Shown: positions 9,867 through 19,916, counted from the first letter of the stretch. The stretch: DNA of 64,000 nt from Candidatus Nitrospinota bacterium M3_3B_026 (GCA_051418015.1 JBPRGF010000033.1:416001-480000); one strand, 5' to 3'. Notes: generated by a model not told the origin, from the letters alone. Translations and numbers: made by a program.

Positions 9867-9957
9867 CTTTCTATCTTCGTTTCCTCGTCTTTGACACGGC
9901 CGGTGAAGACGGCCTGTTGACGCTTTACGCCCGTCCGGGCGTCTGGAAGATAGATAG

Positions 9958-9974
9958 AGCAAGGGGTATGCCAA
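9958..9974 (-). promoter_or_regulatory. sigma54 (-24/-12) promoter for fliO-fliPQR-flhB
   Basis: Minus strand TTGGCATACCCCTTGCT, exact GG-N10-GC spacing, ~90 bp before the fliO ATG. Confidence 0.8.
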
Positions 9975-10107
9975 CAGGGGGGAACGGATCTTTGACGCGC
10001 GTCCGCGGCGGGACGCGCCGTCGTCCTGCGGTGTTTCTACGGGCCGGGAACCCGTGGCGGAAGATGGGCTATGAAGCGGAGGAGGAGACCTGCGTGTTCC
10101 GGGCTTT

Positions 10108-10593
10108 TCAGCCTATGCTCTCTATCCGCTCCTTGTGGCTTGTTATCTCCGTGATCCTGATACCGAACTTCTCGTTGACAACGACGACCTCCCCCTTGCC
10201 AACGAGCTGGTCGTTAACCAGCACCTCTAGCGGCTCACCCACGAGCTTGGTAAGCTCTATGACAGACCCCTGGCCCAGCTGGAGAAGATCGTTTATCAGC
10301 ATCTTGCTGCGGCCAAGCTCCACGGTGACTTGCAGGGGTATGTCCAGTATCCTGTCCACCTCCGACGCCTCACCCCCGGCCGCCTTCTTGGCGGGCGGCC
10401 CGGCCTGGGGAGCGCTCTCCGCCGGCTCATGACTCTCCTGCTCGCCGCTTTCGCCGCCCTCGCCGCCAGCGTCCTCCTCCTGGGGCTGTTGTTCGCCGGC
10501 CTTCTTGAGCATCTCCTTTTGCTGGGCCAGGTCCTCGGCCGCCGCCGCCCAAAGGTCCTCTTCGTTTTCCGCGTTAAGCTCTTCGTCTCCCAT
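10108..10593 (-). CDS. fliN: Flagellar motor switch protein FliN
   Basis: ILDIPLQVTVELGRSKM...GEVVVVNEKFGIRI SpoA domain; acidic N-terminal extension. Confidence 0.96.
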   Translation of the reverse strand: MGDEELNAENEEDLWAAAAEDLAQQKEMLKKAGEQQPQEEDAGGEGGESGEQESHEPAESAPQAGPPAKKAAGGEASEVDRILDIPLQVTVELGRSKMLINDLLQLGQGSVIELTKLVGEPLEVLVNDQLVGKGEVVVVNEKFGIRITEITSHKERIESIG

Positions 10594-10617
10594 TTTTCCT
10601 TCCTTGCGCCGCGGCGT

Positions 10618-11652
10618 TCACTCCGTTTTCACCGCTTCTTTTCTCTCTTCTTTCTCTTCCCGCCTGCTCCTCGCGCCCATCCTGGGGATCATCCGGGTCA
10701 GGCGGGCGGCCTTGTTGCCCTTCACGACGCCCGGCATGCCCTTGAATTTCGGTATCCCTTCGACGCGGACCAGCATCTCGTCGTCCGCGTCCTGGTCGAG
10801 GGTTATGACGTCTCCCACATCGAGCCTCAGCAGATCGCTGCCCGGTATCGTCGTCGTCCCAAGCTCCACGACGACGTCCACGCTGGTCTCCGACAGCCTG
10901 TCCCGCAGACGCCTGATCCAGGCCTGGTCCACCTCCAGCTGGTCGCTCTGGAACCCCGCGCGCAGCTTGGCGATGATCGGCTCTATGGTGGAATACGGCA
11001 GGCAGACGGTAAGTGTGCCGGTCACCTGGTCCAGCTCCACCTCGAACATTATCACCACCACGACATCCGTCGGCGGGACGATAGCGGCGAACTGGGGGTT
11101 GACCTCGGACCTGACGAAGGTCATGTTGACGCTGTGGACGGGTTTCCAGGCCGCCTCCATGTCCTCCAGCACCATCATGACCACCTTCTTTATCATCCGC
11201 TGCTCGATGCTGGTGAAGTCCCGCCCCTCTATCTTCATCTTCCCTTCGCCGGTGCCGCCGAAAAATGTGTCCACCAGCGCGAAGACAAGCTTCGACTCCG
11301 CCACCAGCAACGCGAATCCCCTGAGCGGCTCTATCTTGAATATGTGAAGCGACGCTGGAACGGGAAGGGATTTGACGAACTCGCCGAACTTGACCGTGTC
11401 CGTAGAGACGGCCGATATGTCGAGAGCCTTACGCAGGGATGTGGAGAGCGAATTCCTGAACAGGCGGGAGAACCGCTGGTTTATGATGTCCAAGGTCGGC
11501 ATCCTGCCGCGGATGATGCGCTCCTGGCTGGTCAGGTCGTAGGGCACTATCCCGGACTCGTCCGGGACGTACTCGGCCTCTGTCTCTATCTCGCCGTCGG
11601 TGACGCCGCGGAGAAGGGCGTCGACCTCTTCCTGCGAAAGAATCTGGCTCAT
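10618..11652 (-). CDS. fliM: Flagellar motor switch protein FliM
   Basis: LSQEEVDALL CheY-binding motif, RIIRGRMPTL, C-terminal SpoA domain. Confidence 0.97.
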   Translation of the reverse strand: MSQILSQEEVDALLRGVTDGEIETEAEYVPDESGIVPYDLTSQERIIRGRMPTLDIINQRFSRLFRNSLSTSLRKALDISAVSTDTVKFGEFVKSLPVPASLHIFKIEPLRGFALLVAESKLVFALVDTFFGGTGEGKMKIEGRDFTSIEQRMIKKVVMMVLEDMEAAWKPVHSVNMTFVRSEVNPQFAAIVPPTDVVVVIMFEVELDQVTGTLTVCLPYSTIEPIIAKLRAGFQSDQLEVDQAWIRRLRDRLSETSVDVVVELGTTTIPGSDLLRLDVGDVITLDQDADDEMLVRVEGIPKFKGMPGVVKGNKAARLTRMIPRMGARSRREEKEERKEAVKTE

Positions 11653-11707
11653 ACTCGCGCTATCTCCCGCCGGGGAGCGCCGCTCCTGATTTTATAACAC
11701 TCATGTA

Positions 11708-12202
11708 TTATTGTATCACGAACTCCACGAAATAAAGCTTGCGCACGACGCCGGTCGTCAGCAACGCATTGATTCTCTTGGCCATTTCCATTTTTAGATC
11801 GTATTTGCCCTGGATGCTGAGGATCTCTTCGGCGGTCTTGCTCGACAGGAGCGTTATCACCGTGTCCTTGATCTGCGGCGAACGGTTGGCGATCTCCTCG
11901 GCCACGTTCTTGTCCGAGAGCTGGAGCACGACCACGACCTTCAGGTACCTGTTCACGTCCCCCGTGAGGTTCACTATGAACGGGTCCAGCTCGTAGGTGG
12001 CCCCGAGCGACGCGCCAGCCTCTGTCTCGGCGGGCGCTTCCTCGCCGCTCTTTGCCGCCGGTTCCGGCGCGGCGGCAAGCCTTGGCATCACGAGAAAATA
12101 GGCCGCCGCCCCGCCGCCTATGACCAGAATCAGCGCCGCGGCTATTATTATTATGAGTTTTCCCGCGCCTTTTTTCGGGGCATCAGCCTCTTCATCGGCC
12201 AT
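11708..12202 (-). CDS. fliL: Flagellar basal body-associated protein FliL
   Basis: Single N-terminal TM, LDPFIVNL, C-terminal LYFVEFVIQ. Confidence 0.93.
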   Translation of the reverse strand: MADEEADAPKKGAGKLIIIIAAALILVIGGGAAAYFLVMPRLAAAPEPAAKSGEEAPAETEAGASLGATYELDPFIVNLTGDVNRYLKVVVVLQLSDKNVAEEIANRSPQIKDTVITLLSSKTAEEILSIQGKYDLKMEMAKRINALLTTGVVRKLYFVEFVIQ

Positions 12203-12260
12203 CTTCCGTCTCCTATTCTTTTACTCAAGGAACGAGGTTTTCATCTCTGTTCTTTCCGGT

Positions 12261-13046
12261 CTACAACCCGGCCGCGTCTCCATATCCTTTCCCCTCCGGC
12301 GCCTGCCGTATCACTATGTCCACCCGCCTGTTCCTTGCGCGGTAGGACTCGCTGAGGTTCGGCGCCAGGGCCCGGGTGTCTGCGTATCCCACGGCTGAGA
12401 GACGGTCCATCCTCACGGGGGTGTTCTCCGCCATGTAGCGCATGACGTTCCCCGCCCTGGCCGCGGAGAGCTCCCAGTTGGACGGGAACCTGTCTGTCGA
12501 TATTGGTATATCGTCCGTGTGGCCCTCGATGATAAGCTCGCTTTCCGAAAATCTCAGGACTTCTCCCAGGCGCTTGAGGGTGGGGAGTATCTCCGGGTTT
12601 ATGGCAGCCGAGCCGGGCCGGAACATGTTCTTGCTCGGGAAGCTCAGGACAAAACTCGGCCCGCGCCTGCTTATCGTGACGTCGGCCAGCAAAAGCCCCT
12701 CCAGCAGGCTTTCCTCCTCTATCTCAAGCGCCGCCTTCTCCTTGCCTCTCTCTTTTTTCAGAAACTCCATGAACTCCTTGTAGCCCATCTGCCTGATCAG
12801 GGCCAGCCTGGGGCTGATGAACGGCGACGTGGGGGCTATCTCCGTAAGCTCCAGCGGCCCCGCGCCGCCCGCGAAGGCTGTGAACATCTCCTTCAAAACC
12901 TTGTCGTCCAGCGTGGACATCGAAAAAAGCAATACAAAGAAGGTAAGCAGAAGCGAAAGAAGATCGCCGAAGGTGACCATCCAGAAGTCCTTGTCGAACT
13001 CCGCCGCCTTTGCTTTCTTCTTCTTCTGCGCCCGCGATATCGCCAT
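12261..13046 (-). CDS. motB: Flagellar stator B subunit (MotB/PomB-like), canonical copy
   Basis: WMVTFGDLLSLLLTFFVLL TM with ion-binding Asp; OmpA-like EGHTDD, SNWELSAARA, NRRVDI. Confidence 0.93.
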   Translation of the reverse strand: MAISRAQKKKKAKAAEFDKDFWMVTFGDLLSLLLTFFVLLFSMSTLDDKVLKEMFTAFAGGAGPLELTEIAPTSPFISPRLALIRQMGYKEFMEFLKKERGKEKAALEIEEESLLEGLLLADVTISRRGPSFVLSFPSKNMFRPGSAAINPEILPTLKRLGEVLRFSESELIIEGHTDDIPISTDRFPSNWELSAARAGNVMRYMAENTPVRMDRLSAVGYADTRALAPNLSESYRARNRRVDIVIRQAPEGKGYGDAAGL

Positions 13047-13060
13047 TCCGCAAGACTCCT

Positions 13061-13765
13061 TCAGACAGCGCGCTTGTAGATTATCCGCACGCGGTCGTTT
13101 TTCGCCCTGTTCTCCTCTGTGTCGTTCGGGTATTCAGGGCGCATGGCGCCGAACCCGGCTATGGAGAGCCTCTCGCTCTCCACCCCGCCTATTCGCACAA
13201 GCCCGCGGGTCACGGCCCCGGACCGCGCTACAGTAAGCTCCAGCCTGTCCCGGTACGCTCCGGCGGGCGTCCTGTCGCTCGTATAAGCCTCGATGCGGAT
13301 GAAGCCTTCCATCTTGTTCAAGATCCCCGCCGCCTCGGCGATCAGTCCCGCCGCGGACTGCTTCAGCCTCGCGCTCCCCGGCTCAAAAAGGACCTCGCTT
13401 CTGATTGTTATCATCACGCCGCCCTTGCTCACGATCGTGCTCACCTTTTCGGCCAGTTGAGACCTCATGGTGTAGCTTTCGAACTTGCCGAGGAGCATGG
13501 CGGTCTTCATCCTCGGTCCTGCGAGGGCGTCGGACTTCAACGATATCTCTTTTCCCTTGGACTTCATGGGCGAGAGCCCACCGCTCAGAATTCCCAGTGA
13601 GCCCGTCAGCGACCCCAGCGCGGCTTTTTTCTTGCTCTCGGCGGGGACGGACAGGGTGTTCAGCACTATGAAAAAGGCGAGGACGATCATCATCAGGGTG
13701 ACGTTCATCATGTTCTGCATGTCGCCCCGCCTGCACGTGACCGGCCTGATCCCTTGCGTTCTCAT
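13061..13765 (-). CDS. Second, divergent MotB/OmpA-family stator subunit lacking the TM aspartate
   Basis: One TM (VTLMMIVLAFFIVL) plus OmpA-like domain with altered motifs (EAYTSD, ELTVARS, NDRVRI); start overlaps the motA stop. Confidence 0.8.
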   Translation of the reverse strand: MRTQGIRPVTCRRGDMQNMMNVTLMMIVLAFFIVLNTLSVPAESKKKAALGSLTGSLGILSGGLSPMKSKGKEISLKSDALAGPRMKTAMLLGKFESYTMRSQLAEKVSTIVSKGGVMITIRSEVLFEPGSARLKQSAAGLIAEAAGILNKMEGFIRIEAYTSDRTPAGAYRDRLELTVARSGAVTRGLVRIGGVESERLSIAGFGAMRPEYPNDTEENRAKNDRVRIIYKRAV

Positions 13766-14526
13766 TTTTCGAACTGGCTTTCCCTGAGTTTCGGCAACAG
13801 GAAGGCGTGGAGTTTCTGCTCTATCAGCCTTGGGTTGTCGCCCGAGGCGATGGATATAACGCCTTCCATGACCAGCTCCTTCACGACGGTCTCGTCGGCG
13901 CTGCGTTTCTTGAGTTTGCCGGCCATGGGTAAAAAGACAAGGTTGGCCAGCAACGCGCCGTAGAAGGTGGTGATGAGCGCTATGGCCATGGAGGGGCCGA
14001 TGGTGGAGGGGTCGTCGAGCTTCTGGAGCATGAGCACAAGCCCTATCAGGGTCCCTATCATGCCGAAGGCGGGCAGGAACGTGCCGAAGGTCTGGGCCAT
14101 CTCGGCGCCGATCCTGTGACGCTCCTTTATGTACTCCACCTCGGTCTCCAGTATCTTCATTATCATCTGCGGCTCCGCGCCGTCGATGGCAAGCTGCAAT
14201 CCGCGGCTCAGAAAAGGGTCATCCACCTGGCCCATCACCGACTGCAACGCCAGAATTCCGTCGCGCCGGGCCCGCGTGGCGAAGTCTATGATGGTGGGGA
14301 TGACCTGTCTGGGCGACTGGGTCTTGTAGAGCATTGTCTTTTTCAGCACGCCTATCATGGTGAAAAGATCCGACAGGGGATAGTTCACCATCACCGCGGC
14401 CAGTGTGCCCCCGATGACGATCAGAAACGAGGGGACGCTTATGAAAATGGCCAGCTGCGAGGGGCCGATGGCCGCGGATATCACCGCCAGGCCGCCCACC
14501 ACCCCTAGAATAGTCGCTATATCCAT
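13762..14526 (-). CDS. motA: Flagellar stator A subunit (MotA/PomA-like)
   Basis: ARRDGILAL, PAFGMIGTLIGLV, MAIALITTFYG. Confidence 0.95.
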   Translation of the reverse strand: MDIATILGVVGGLAVISAAIGPSQLAIFISVPSFLIVIGGTLAAVMVNYPLSDLFTMIGVLKKTMLYKTQSPRQVIPTIIDFATRARRDGILALQSVMGQVDDPFLSRGLQLAIDGAEPQMIMKILETEVEYIKERHRIGAEMAQTFGTFLPAFGMIGTLIGLVLMLQKLDDPSTIGPSMAIALITTFYGALLANLVFLPMAGKLKKRSADETVVKELVMEGVISIASGDNPRLIEQKLHAFLLPKLRESQFEK

Positions 14527-14578
14527 TTAATCCGCGCCGCTTGCCTTACAAAAAAAAACACCATCGCGATCATGCAGG

Positions 14579-14594
14579 AGCAATATCGATACCA
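14579..14594 (-). promoter_or_regulatory. sigma54 (-24/-12) promoter for motA-motB-motB-fliL-fliM-fliN
   Basis: Minus strand TGGTATCGATATTGCT, GG-N10-GC, 52 bp before the motA ATG. Confidence 0.75.
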
Positions 14595-14613
14595 CTCCCG
14601 TATCAGAGCCCAA

Positions 14614-14631
14614 GCGTCATCTCGTTGACGC
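14614..14631. promoter_or_regulatory. Palindromic GTCA-N6-TGAC box (FleQ/FlrA-like activator site)
   Basis: GCGTCA-TCTCGT-TGACGC, about 20 bp upstream of the motA sigma54 element. Confidence 0.55.
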
Positions 14632-14793
14632 TTCAGGCCATCTCCCGGCTCCGGGGAATCATTATATGTTAGAAGAGCTTTTTCTGAAACATCCGGACGG
14701 CGCAGGCGGCCGCGGGACAGGCGGAACGAGGGTGAAATTCAGGGTTTTCCGGCCTTTCTTTACACCCGGCCCGAAAGGATGTAAATTCCATCC

Positions 14794-16053
14794 ATGCGAG
14801 TCCTTGCGATGATCCTGGCGGGGGGTGAGGGCAAAAGGCTTTATCCCCTGACAAAAGACCGTTCCAAGCCCGCCGTCCCTTTCGGTGGAAGGTACAGGAT
14901 CATAGACTTTGTCCTGTCGAACTTCGTGAACTCGGGTTTCACAAAGATAAAAGTCCTGACCCAGTTCAAGTCCGACTCCCTCAACCGCCACCTGGCCCGC
15001 GGCTGGCAGCTGTCGTCGATCATCGACCAGTACATAGACCCCGTGCCCGCCCAGATGCGCACCGGCAGGGATTGGTACAGGGGAACGGCGGACGCCATAT
15101 TCCAGAACATGCACATCGTGGAAGACGAAAACCCGGACTTCGTCATGGTCTTCGGCGGCGACCACATCTATCGGATGGACGTAAGCCAGATGCTGCGCGG
15201 GCACATAGAAAACGCCGCCGATCTCACCGTCGCCGCCATACCATACCACCGGAGCAAGGCGAGCGATTTCGGCATCATACAGGTCGATGAGCAATGGCGT
15301 ATCAAGCGCTTCCTGGAAAAGCCAAAGGACCCGCCCCCCATCCCGGGAATGCCTGACCATTCCCTAGTCTCCATGGGCAACTACATCTTCTCCCGCAGAG
15401 CCCTGGAGGAGGCGATCGTCGAGGACGCGAAAAAGAACACCGAGCATGACTTCGGCAAGAACATCATCGTCTCCATGCTGCCCGACTACAAGGTCTTCGC
15501 CTATGACTTCAACAGCAACGACGTCCCCGGCATGACGGAGAAAGAGCGCGGTTACTGGCGCGACGTGGGGAGCCTGGACCAATACTGGAAGGCGTCGATG
15601 GATCTTGTCTCGGTCTCCCCCGTCTTCAACCTCTACAACCAGCAATGGCCCATCCGCTGCCATTATCCCCCCGCCCCGCCGGCCAAGTTCGTCTTCGCCG
15701 ACATAGGTAAACGCGCCGGGATGGCGACGGACTCGCTCGTGGCGGAAGGGTGCATCATCTCCGGAGGCAGGATAAACAGGACGGTCCTCTTTCCCAATTG
15801 CCGGATAAACAGCTACTCGCGGGTGGACGAGTCCGTGCTGATGGAGGGTGTGACGGTGGGGCGCCACTGCAAGGTGAAAAAAGCCATCATCGATAAATAC
15901 GTGAATGTCCCCGAGGGGGCGGAGATAGGCTACGACCTGGAAAAAGACAGGAAGAGATTCCATGTCACGGAAAACGGAATAGTGGTGATATCGAAAGGCG
16001 CGCACATACCCAGGCTCAACCCACACGCTCTTCAGGCCCAGGACAGCCACTGA
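14794..16053 (+). CDS. glgC: Glucose-1-phosphate adenylyltransferase
   Basis: LAGGEGKRLYPLT, KPAVPFGGRYRIIDF, GTADAI, FLEKP, C-terminal beta-helix. Confidence 0.97.
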   Translation: MRVLAMILAGGEGKRLYPLTKDRSKPAVPFGGRYRIIDFVLSNFVNSGFTKIKVLTQFKSDSLNRHLARGWQLSSIIDQYIDPVPAQMRTGRDWYRGTADAIFQNMHIVEDENPDFVMVFGGDHIYRMDVSQMLRGHIENAADLTVAAIPYHRSKASDFGIIQVDEQWRIKRFLEKPKDPPPIPGMPDHSLVSMGNYIFSRRALEEAIVEDAKKNTEHDFGKNIIVSMLPDYKVFAYDFNSNDVPGMTEKERGYWRDVGSLDQYWKASMDLVSVSPVFNLYNQQWPIRCHYPPAPPAKFVFADIGKRAGMATDSLVAEGCIISGGRINRTVLFPNCRINSYSRVDESVLMEGVTVGRHCKVKKAIIDKYVNVPEGAEIGYDLEKDRKRFHVTENGIVVISKGAHIPRLNPHALQAQDSH

Positions 16054-16190
16054 CGGCGCCACGCCTTGCGCCGGCTGGTTTTCGAGAATTTCCGCCGCCA
16101 TGCTTTCCCCGGGAATTGCAAAATAAGGTCTTTACTGCGCCCATGGATACGGGTTATCCATATAGCTTTGTCGATCTTGGAGATATCCGG

Positions 16191-17480
16191 ATGAGAATCC
16201 TGGAGACAAAAGACCCCGTCTTCGAAAAGACAATGGCCCTGCTGGAGCGCCGCCTCGAAGCGGGCTCCTCCGGAGCCGGCAAGGCTGTCGAGAGAATAAT
16301 AAAGGACGTCAAACGACGCGGCGACGCGGCCGTCCTTGCATGGACTAAAAGACTGGACGGCGCCTCGTACACCGCCCGGTCCATGCGAGTCTCCGAAAGG
16401 GAGATGGCGAAAGCCGAAAAACTATCCGACCCCGAAACCGCCCGCGCCCTCAAGAAGGCCGCCCGGCGGATAAAAAAGTTCCACGCCAGGCAGAGAGAAA
16501 AGGGGTGGTCTTTCCGTGATGAAGGCGTCACGCTGGGACAGGCGGTGACCCCCCTCTCATCCGCCGGGGTGTACGTCCCCGGCGGCAAGGCGGCCTATCC
16601 AAGCTCCGTGCTGATGAACGTAATACCGGCTAAGATCGCGGGCGTCCCCCGCGTCGTAATGACAACCCCCGCTCCGGGAGGCAAGATAAACCCCCATGTG
16701 CTGCTGGCGGCGAAGATCGCGGGCGTGGACGAGATATACAAGATCGGCGGCGCGCAGGCCGTCGGCGCGCTGGCCTACGGGACGAGGACGATAAAACCCG
16801 TGGACAAGATCGTGGGCCCGGGCAATGTCTACGTGGCGGAGGCCAAGCGGCGCGTCTTCGGAGCCGTGGACATAGACATGATAGCTGGCCCCAGCGAGAT
16901 ACTGGTCATCGCCGACTCGTCGGCGAACCCGGCCCACGCCGCGGCGGACCTTTTGTCCCAGGCGGAGCACGACGAGAACGCATACCCCATCCTCGTCACC
17001 ACTTCGAAAAAATTCGCTTTGGCTGTGAACGTGGAGATGGAACGGCAGATCGAAAAACTCCCCCGCGCGGCGATAGTCAAAAAATGCCTGCGGAAAAATT
17101 GTTATTGTTTCATCGCAAGAAGCATGAGCGAGGCCATAGAGATCGCCAACCGCTTCGCGCCGGAGCACCTGGAGCTTCTCGTGAAAAACGCGCGCGGGCT
17201 CTCTGGTAAAATAAAGAACGCGGGCGCCGTATTCGCCGGGCCGTGGACGCCGGAAGCTCTGGGGGATTATATGGCCGGGCCGAACCACGTCCTGCCCACG
17301 GGAGGCGCGGCGCGTTTCTCGTCGCCTCTCGGCGTGTACGATTTCGTGAAGCGGACGAGCCTGCTGTCCTTCGACGAGAGGGGTTTCAGAAAGCTGGCCG
17401 GCGCCGTCATCGCCCTGGCCGAGGAGGAGGGCCTCTCCGCCCACGCGAACGCCGTAAAGATGAGGCTGAAGGAAAAATGA
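16191..17480 (+). CDS. hisD: Histidinol dehydrogenase
   Basis: YVPGGKAAYPSSVLM, IDMIAGPSE, LSQAEHD, APEHLEL; ATG 16191 with GGAG SD. Confidence 0.97.
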   Translation: MRILETKDPVFEKTMALLERRLEAGSSGAGKAVERIIKDVKRRGDAAVLAWTKRLDGASYTARSMRVSEREMAKAEKLSDPETARALKKAARRIKKFHARQREKGWSFRDEGVTLGQAVTPLSSAGVYVPGGKAAYPSSVLMNVIPAKIAGVPRVVMTTPAPGGKINPHVLLAAKIAGVDEIYKIGGAQAVGALAYGTRTIKPVDKIVGPGNVYVAEAKRRVFGAVDIDMIAGPSEILVIADSSANPAHAAADLLSQAEHDENAYPILVTTSKKFALAVNVEMERQIEKLPRAAIVKKCLRKNCYCFIARSMSEAIEIANRFAPEHLELLVKNARGLSGKIKNAGAVFAGPWTPEALGDYMAGPNHVLPTGGAARFSSPLGVYDFVKRTSLLSFDERGFRKLAGAVIALAEEEGLSAHANAVKMRLKEK

Positions 17481-18541
17481 AAGACCCCGTAAAACTCGTC
17501 CGCCGGAGAATACGGGAGCTTTCCGCCTATCACGTGGAGCCGCGCCCCTGCGAGGTGGTCTTGGACGCGAACGAGTCTCCCCATCCCCTGCCGGGGCCGC
17601 TGCGCCCGAAAATCGAAGCGGCTTTAAAAATCGAGCTCAACCGATATCCCGATCCCGAGGCGAAGGCGCTTAAAAAGGCGATCGCGGCGAAGGAAGGGGT
17701 TCGCGAGGACGAAATTCTTCTCGGCAACGGCTCGGACGAAGTCATTCAAGCGCTGATCGCCTCCGTCTGCGACCCCGGCGACAAGATTCTCGTCCCAGCG
17801 CCGACTTTCACGATGTACAAGCTGATCGCGCGATACCTGAACGCCGACACAATCGAGGTTCCGCTCCTCGACGACTGGTCGCTCGACATCTCCGCCGTGA
17901 TCCATAACATGAAGTTCGGCGCGCCGAAAATAATCTTCATCGCCTCGCCCAACAACCCCACCGGCGCCATGGCAAACAGGGAGGCGTTGGACGCCGTGGT
18001 GGACGCCGCGCCGGGCCTTGTAGCCGTTGACGAGGCGTACATCGACTACGCGAAGGCCCCTGCGGGCCCCCTGTTCCGCGAGAGGAAAAACGTGGTCATC
18101 CTGCGCACCCTCTCCAAGATCGGGCTTGCGGGAATTCGCCTTGGATACATGATGGCGGACGCGGCGCTGATAGAGCAGGTAAATAAGGTCCGCCTGCCAT
18201 ACAACATAAACTCCATGGTCCAGGCCATCGCGAGAATCGCAGTAGAAAACTGGCGCGAGTTTCTACCGGCCCTCGGCTCGATAGTGAAAGAGCGCGGGAG
18301 GGTATTCGAGGAACTCTCACGGATGGGCGGCGTCCACCCCTTCCCCTCCGAGGCGAACTTCATTCTGATTCGGATAGAGGAGAGAAGCGCGGGGGAGATA
18401 TTCGAACGGCTGCTTTCCGAAGGGGTTCGCGTCCGCTGGTTCGAGGGGGACCCGAGGCTTGGGGATTGTCTGCGCGGCGCCATCGGGACGCCGGAAGAAA
18501 ACGGCCGTTTCCTCGCAGCGCTGAAGAAGGCGCTTTCATGA
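17477..18541 (+). CDS. hisC: Histidinol-phosphate aminotransferase
   Basis: [42 protein letters not shown] overlap with hisD. Confidence 0.95.
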   Translation: MKDPVKLVRRRIRELSAYHVEPRPCEVVLDANESPHPLPGPLRPKIEAALKIELNRYPDPEAKALKKAIAAKEGVREDEILLGNGSDEVIQALIASVCDPGDKILVPAPTFTMYKLIARYLNADTIEVPLLDDWSLDISAVIHNMKFGAPKIIFIASPNNPTGAMANREALDAVVDAAPGLVAVDEAYIDYAKAPAGPLFRERKNVVILRTLSKIGLAGIRLGYMMADAALIEQVNKVRLPYNINSMVQAIARIAVENWREFLPALGSIVKERGRVFEELSRMGGVHPFPSEANFILIRIEERSAGEIFERLLSEGVRVRWFEGDPRLGDCLRGAIGTPEENGRFLAALKKALS

Positions 18542-18972
18542 AGCGCGTCAAAAAATGTCCGGCCTGCGGCGCGGAGGCGCCCATCCGCCTGAACCCTTAT
18601 CTCACGGTGGATATAATCATAGAGGTGGGGGACAGAATCGTTCTCATCGAGCGCGGCGGCGAGCCGGAAGGCTGGGCCATCCCTGGCGGGTTCGTCGATT
18701 ACGGCGAGACGGTGGAGGCCGCCGCCGTCCGCGAGGCGAGAGAGGAGACGGGGCTGGACGTGGAGCTTGTCCGTCAGTTCCATGTATATTCGGACCCTCG
18801 CCGCGACCCGCGCCAGCACAACGCCTCGGTGGTCTTCATCGCGAAAGCCGAGGGCGAGCCGAAGGGAGGCGACGATGCGAAGCGGGCGGCTCTTTTCACG
18901 AAGGACAGTCTGCCGCAGCTTGCCTTCGACCACGAGAAGATACTGGACGACTATTTCAACAAGAGATACTAG
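18538..18972 (+). CDS. Nudix hydrolase (ADP-ribose pyrophosphatase-like) with N-terminal CPAC
   Basis: Nudix box [32 protein letters not shown]. Confidence 0.9.
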   Translation: MKRVKKCPACGAEAPIRLNPYLTVDIIIEVGDRIVLIERGGEPEGWAIPGGFVDYGETVEAAAVREAREETGLDVELVRQFHVYSDPRRDPRQHNASVVFIAKAEGEPKGGDDAKRAALFTKDSLPQLAFDHEKILDDYFNKRY

Positions 18973-18974
18973 GC

Positions 18975-19916
18975 ATGTCCGAAGAAGCCTTCGACGTCGT
19001 AACGGGCGCGTTCGGATACTCCGGCAAGTACATAACAAAATTTCTGCTGGAAAAAGGACGGAAGGTCCGTACGATAACAGGCTCGCCGGAGCGGGAAAAT
19101 CCTTTCGGCGAAAAGGTCGCCCCCTTCCCGTTCAACTTCGGCAAGCCCGAAAAACTCGTGGAGACGCTGCGCGGCGCGGACGTTCTTTACAACACCTACT
19201 GGGTGCGGTTCAACCATGGAGACTTCACCCACGAGGCGGCCGTCCAGAACACCTTCACGCTTTTCGCCGCGGCGAAGGAGGCGGGCGTCCGGAGAGTCGT
19301 CCACATCAGCATAACGAACCCTTCCGAGGATTCGCCGCTTGAGTATTTCCGGGGCAAGGCAAGGCAGGAGCGGTCGCTAATGGAGTCCGGCCTGTCATAC
19401 GCCATCCTGCGGCCCACGGTTCTTTTCGGCGACGAGGACATACTGATAAACAACATAGCGTGGGTTTTGAGGCGGTTCCCCGCATTCGGCCTGTTCGGGT
19501 TCGGCGACTACCGCCTGCGTCCCATGTTCGTGGAGGACATGGCGGCGCTGGCCGTCGAGCAGGGGGAGGGCTCCGAAAACGTCGTGATCGACGCCGTGGG
19601 GCCGGAGTCTTTCGCCTTCCGGGATCTGGTGGAAACCATCGCCGACGCTATAGGCGTCCGGCGTCTCATCGTCCCCATGCCCCCGTTCGCGGCGCATCTT
19701 TTCGGCGCGGTCATGGGCAAGCTCAAGGGCGACGTTCTCATCACGAGGGATGAGATCGACGGGCTGATGGCCGGGCTCCTGGACACGGACTCCCCAGCCA
19801 CCGGAGCCACGCGGCTTACCGAGTGGATAAGGGAAAACCGGGAAACGCTGGGCCGCAAGTACTCAAGCGAACTCGCCCGCAGGCTGGACAGGAAGAGCGC
19901 CTACGAGAGGCTTTAA
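18975..19916 (+). CDS. NAD(P)-binding atypical SDR/epimerase-like protein (NDUFA9-like)
   Basis: VTGAFGYSG Rossmann motif, YFRGK, ILRPTVLFG. Confidence 0.85.
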   Translation: MSEEAFDVVTGAFGYSGKYITKFLLEKGRKVRTITGSPERENPFGEKVAPFPFNFGKPEKLVETLRGADVLYNTYWVRFNHGDFTHEAAVQNTFTLFAAAKEAGVRRVVHISITNPSEDSPLEYFRGKARQERSLMESGLSYAILRPTVLFGDEDILINNIAWVLRRFPAFGLFGFGDYRLRPMFVEDMAALAVEQGEGSENVVIDAVGPESFAFRDLVETIADAIGVRRLIVPMPPFAAHLFGAVMGKLKGDVLITRDEIDGLMAGLLDTDSPATGATRLTEWIRENRETLGRKYSSELARRLDRKSAYERL

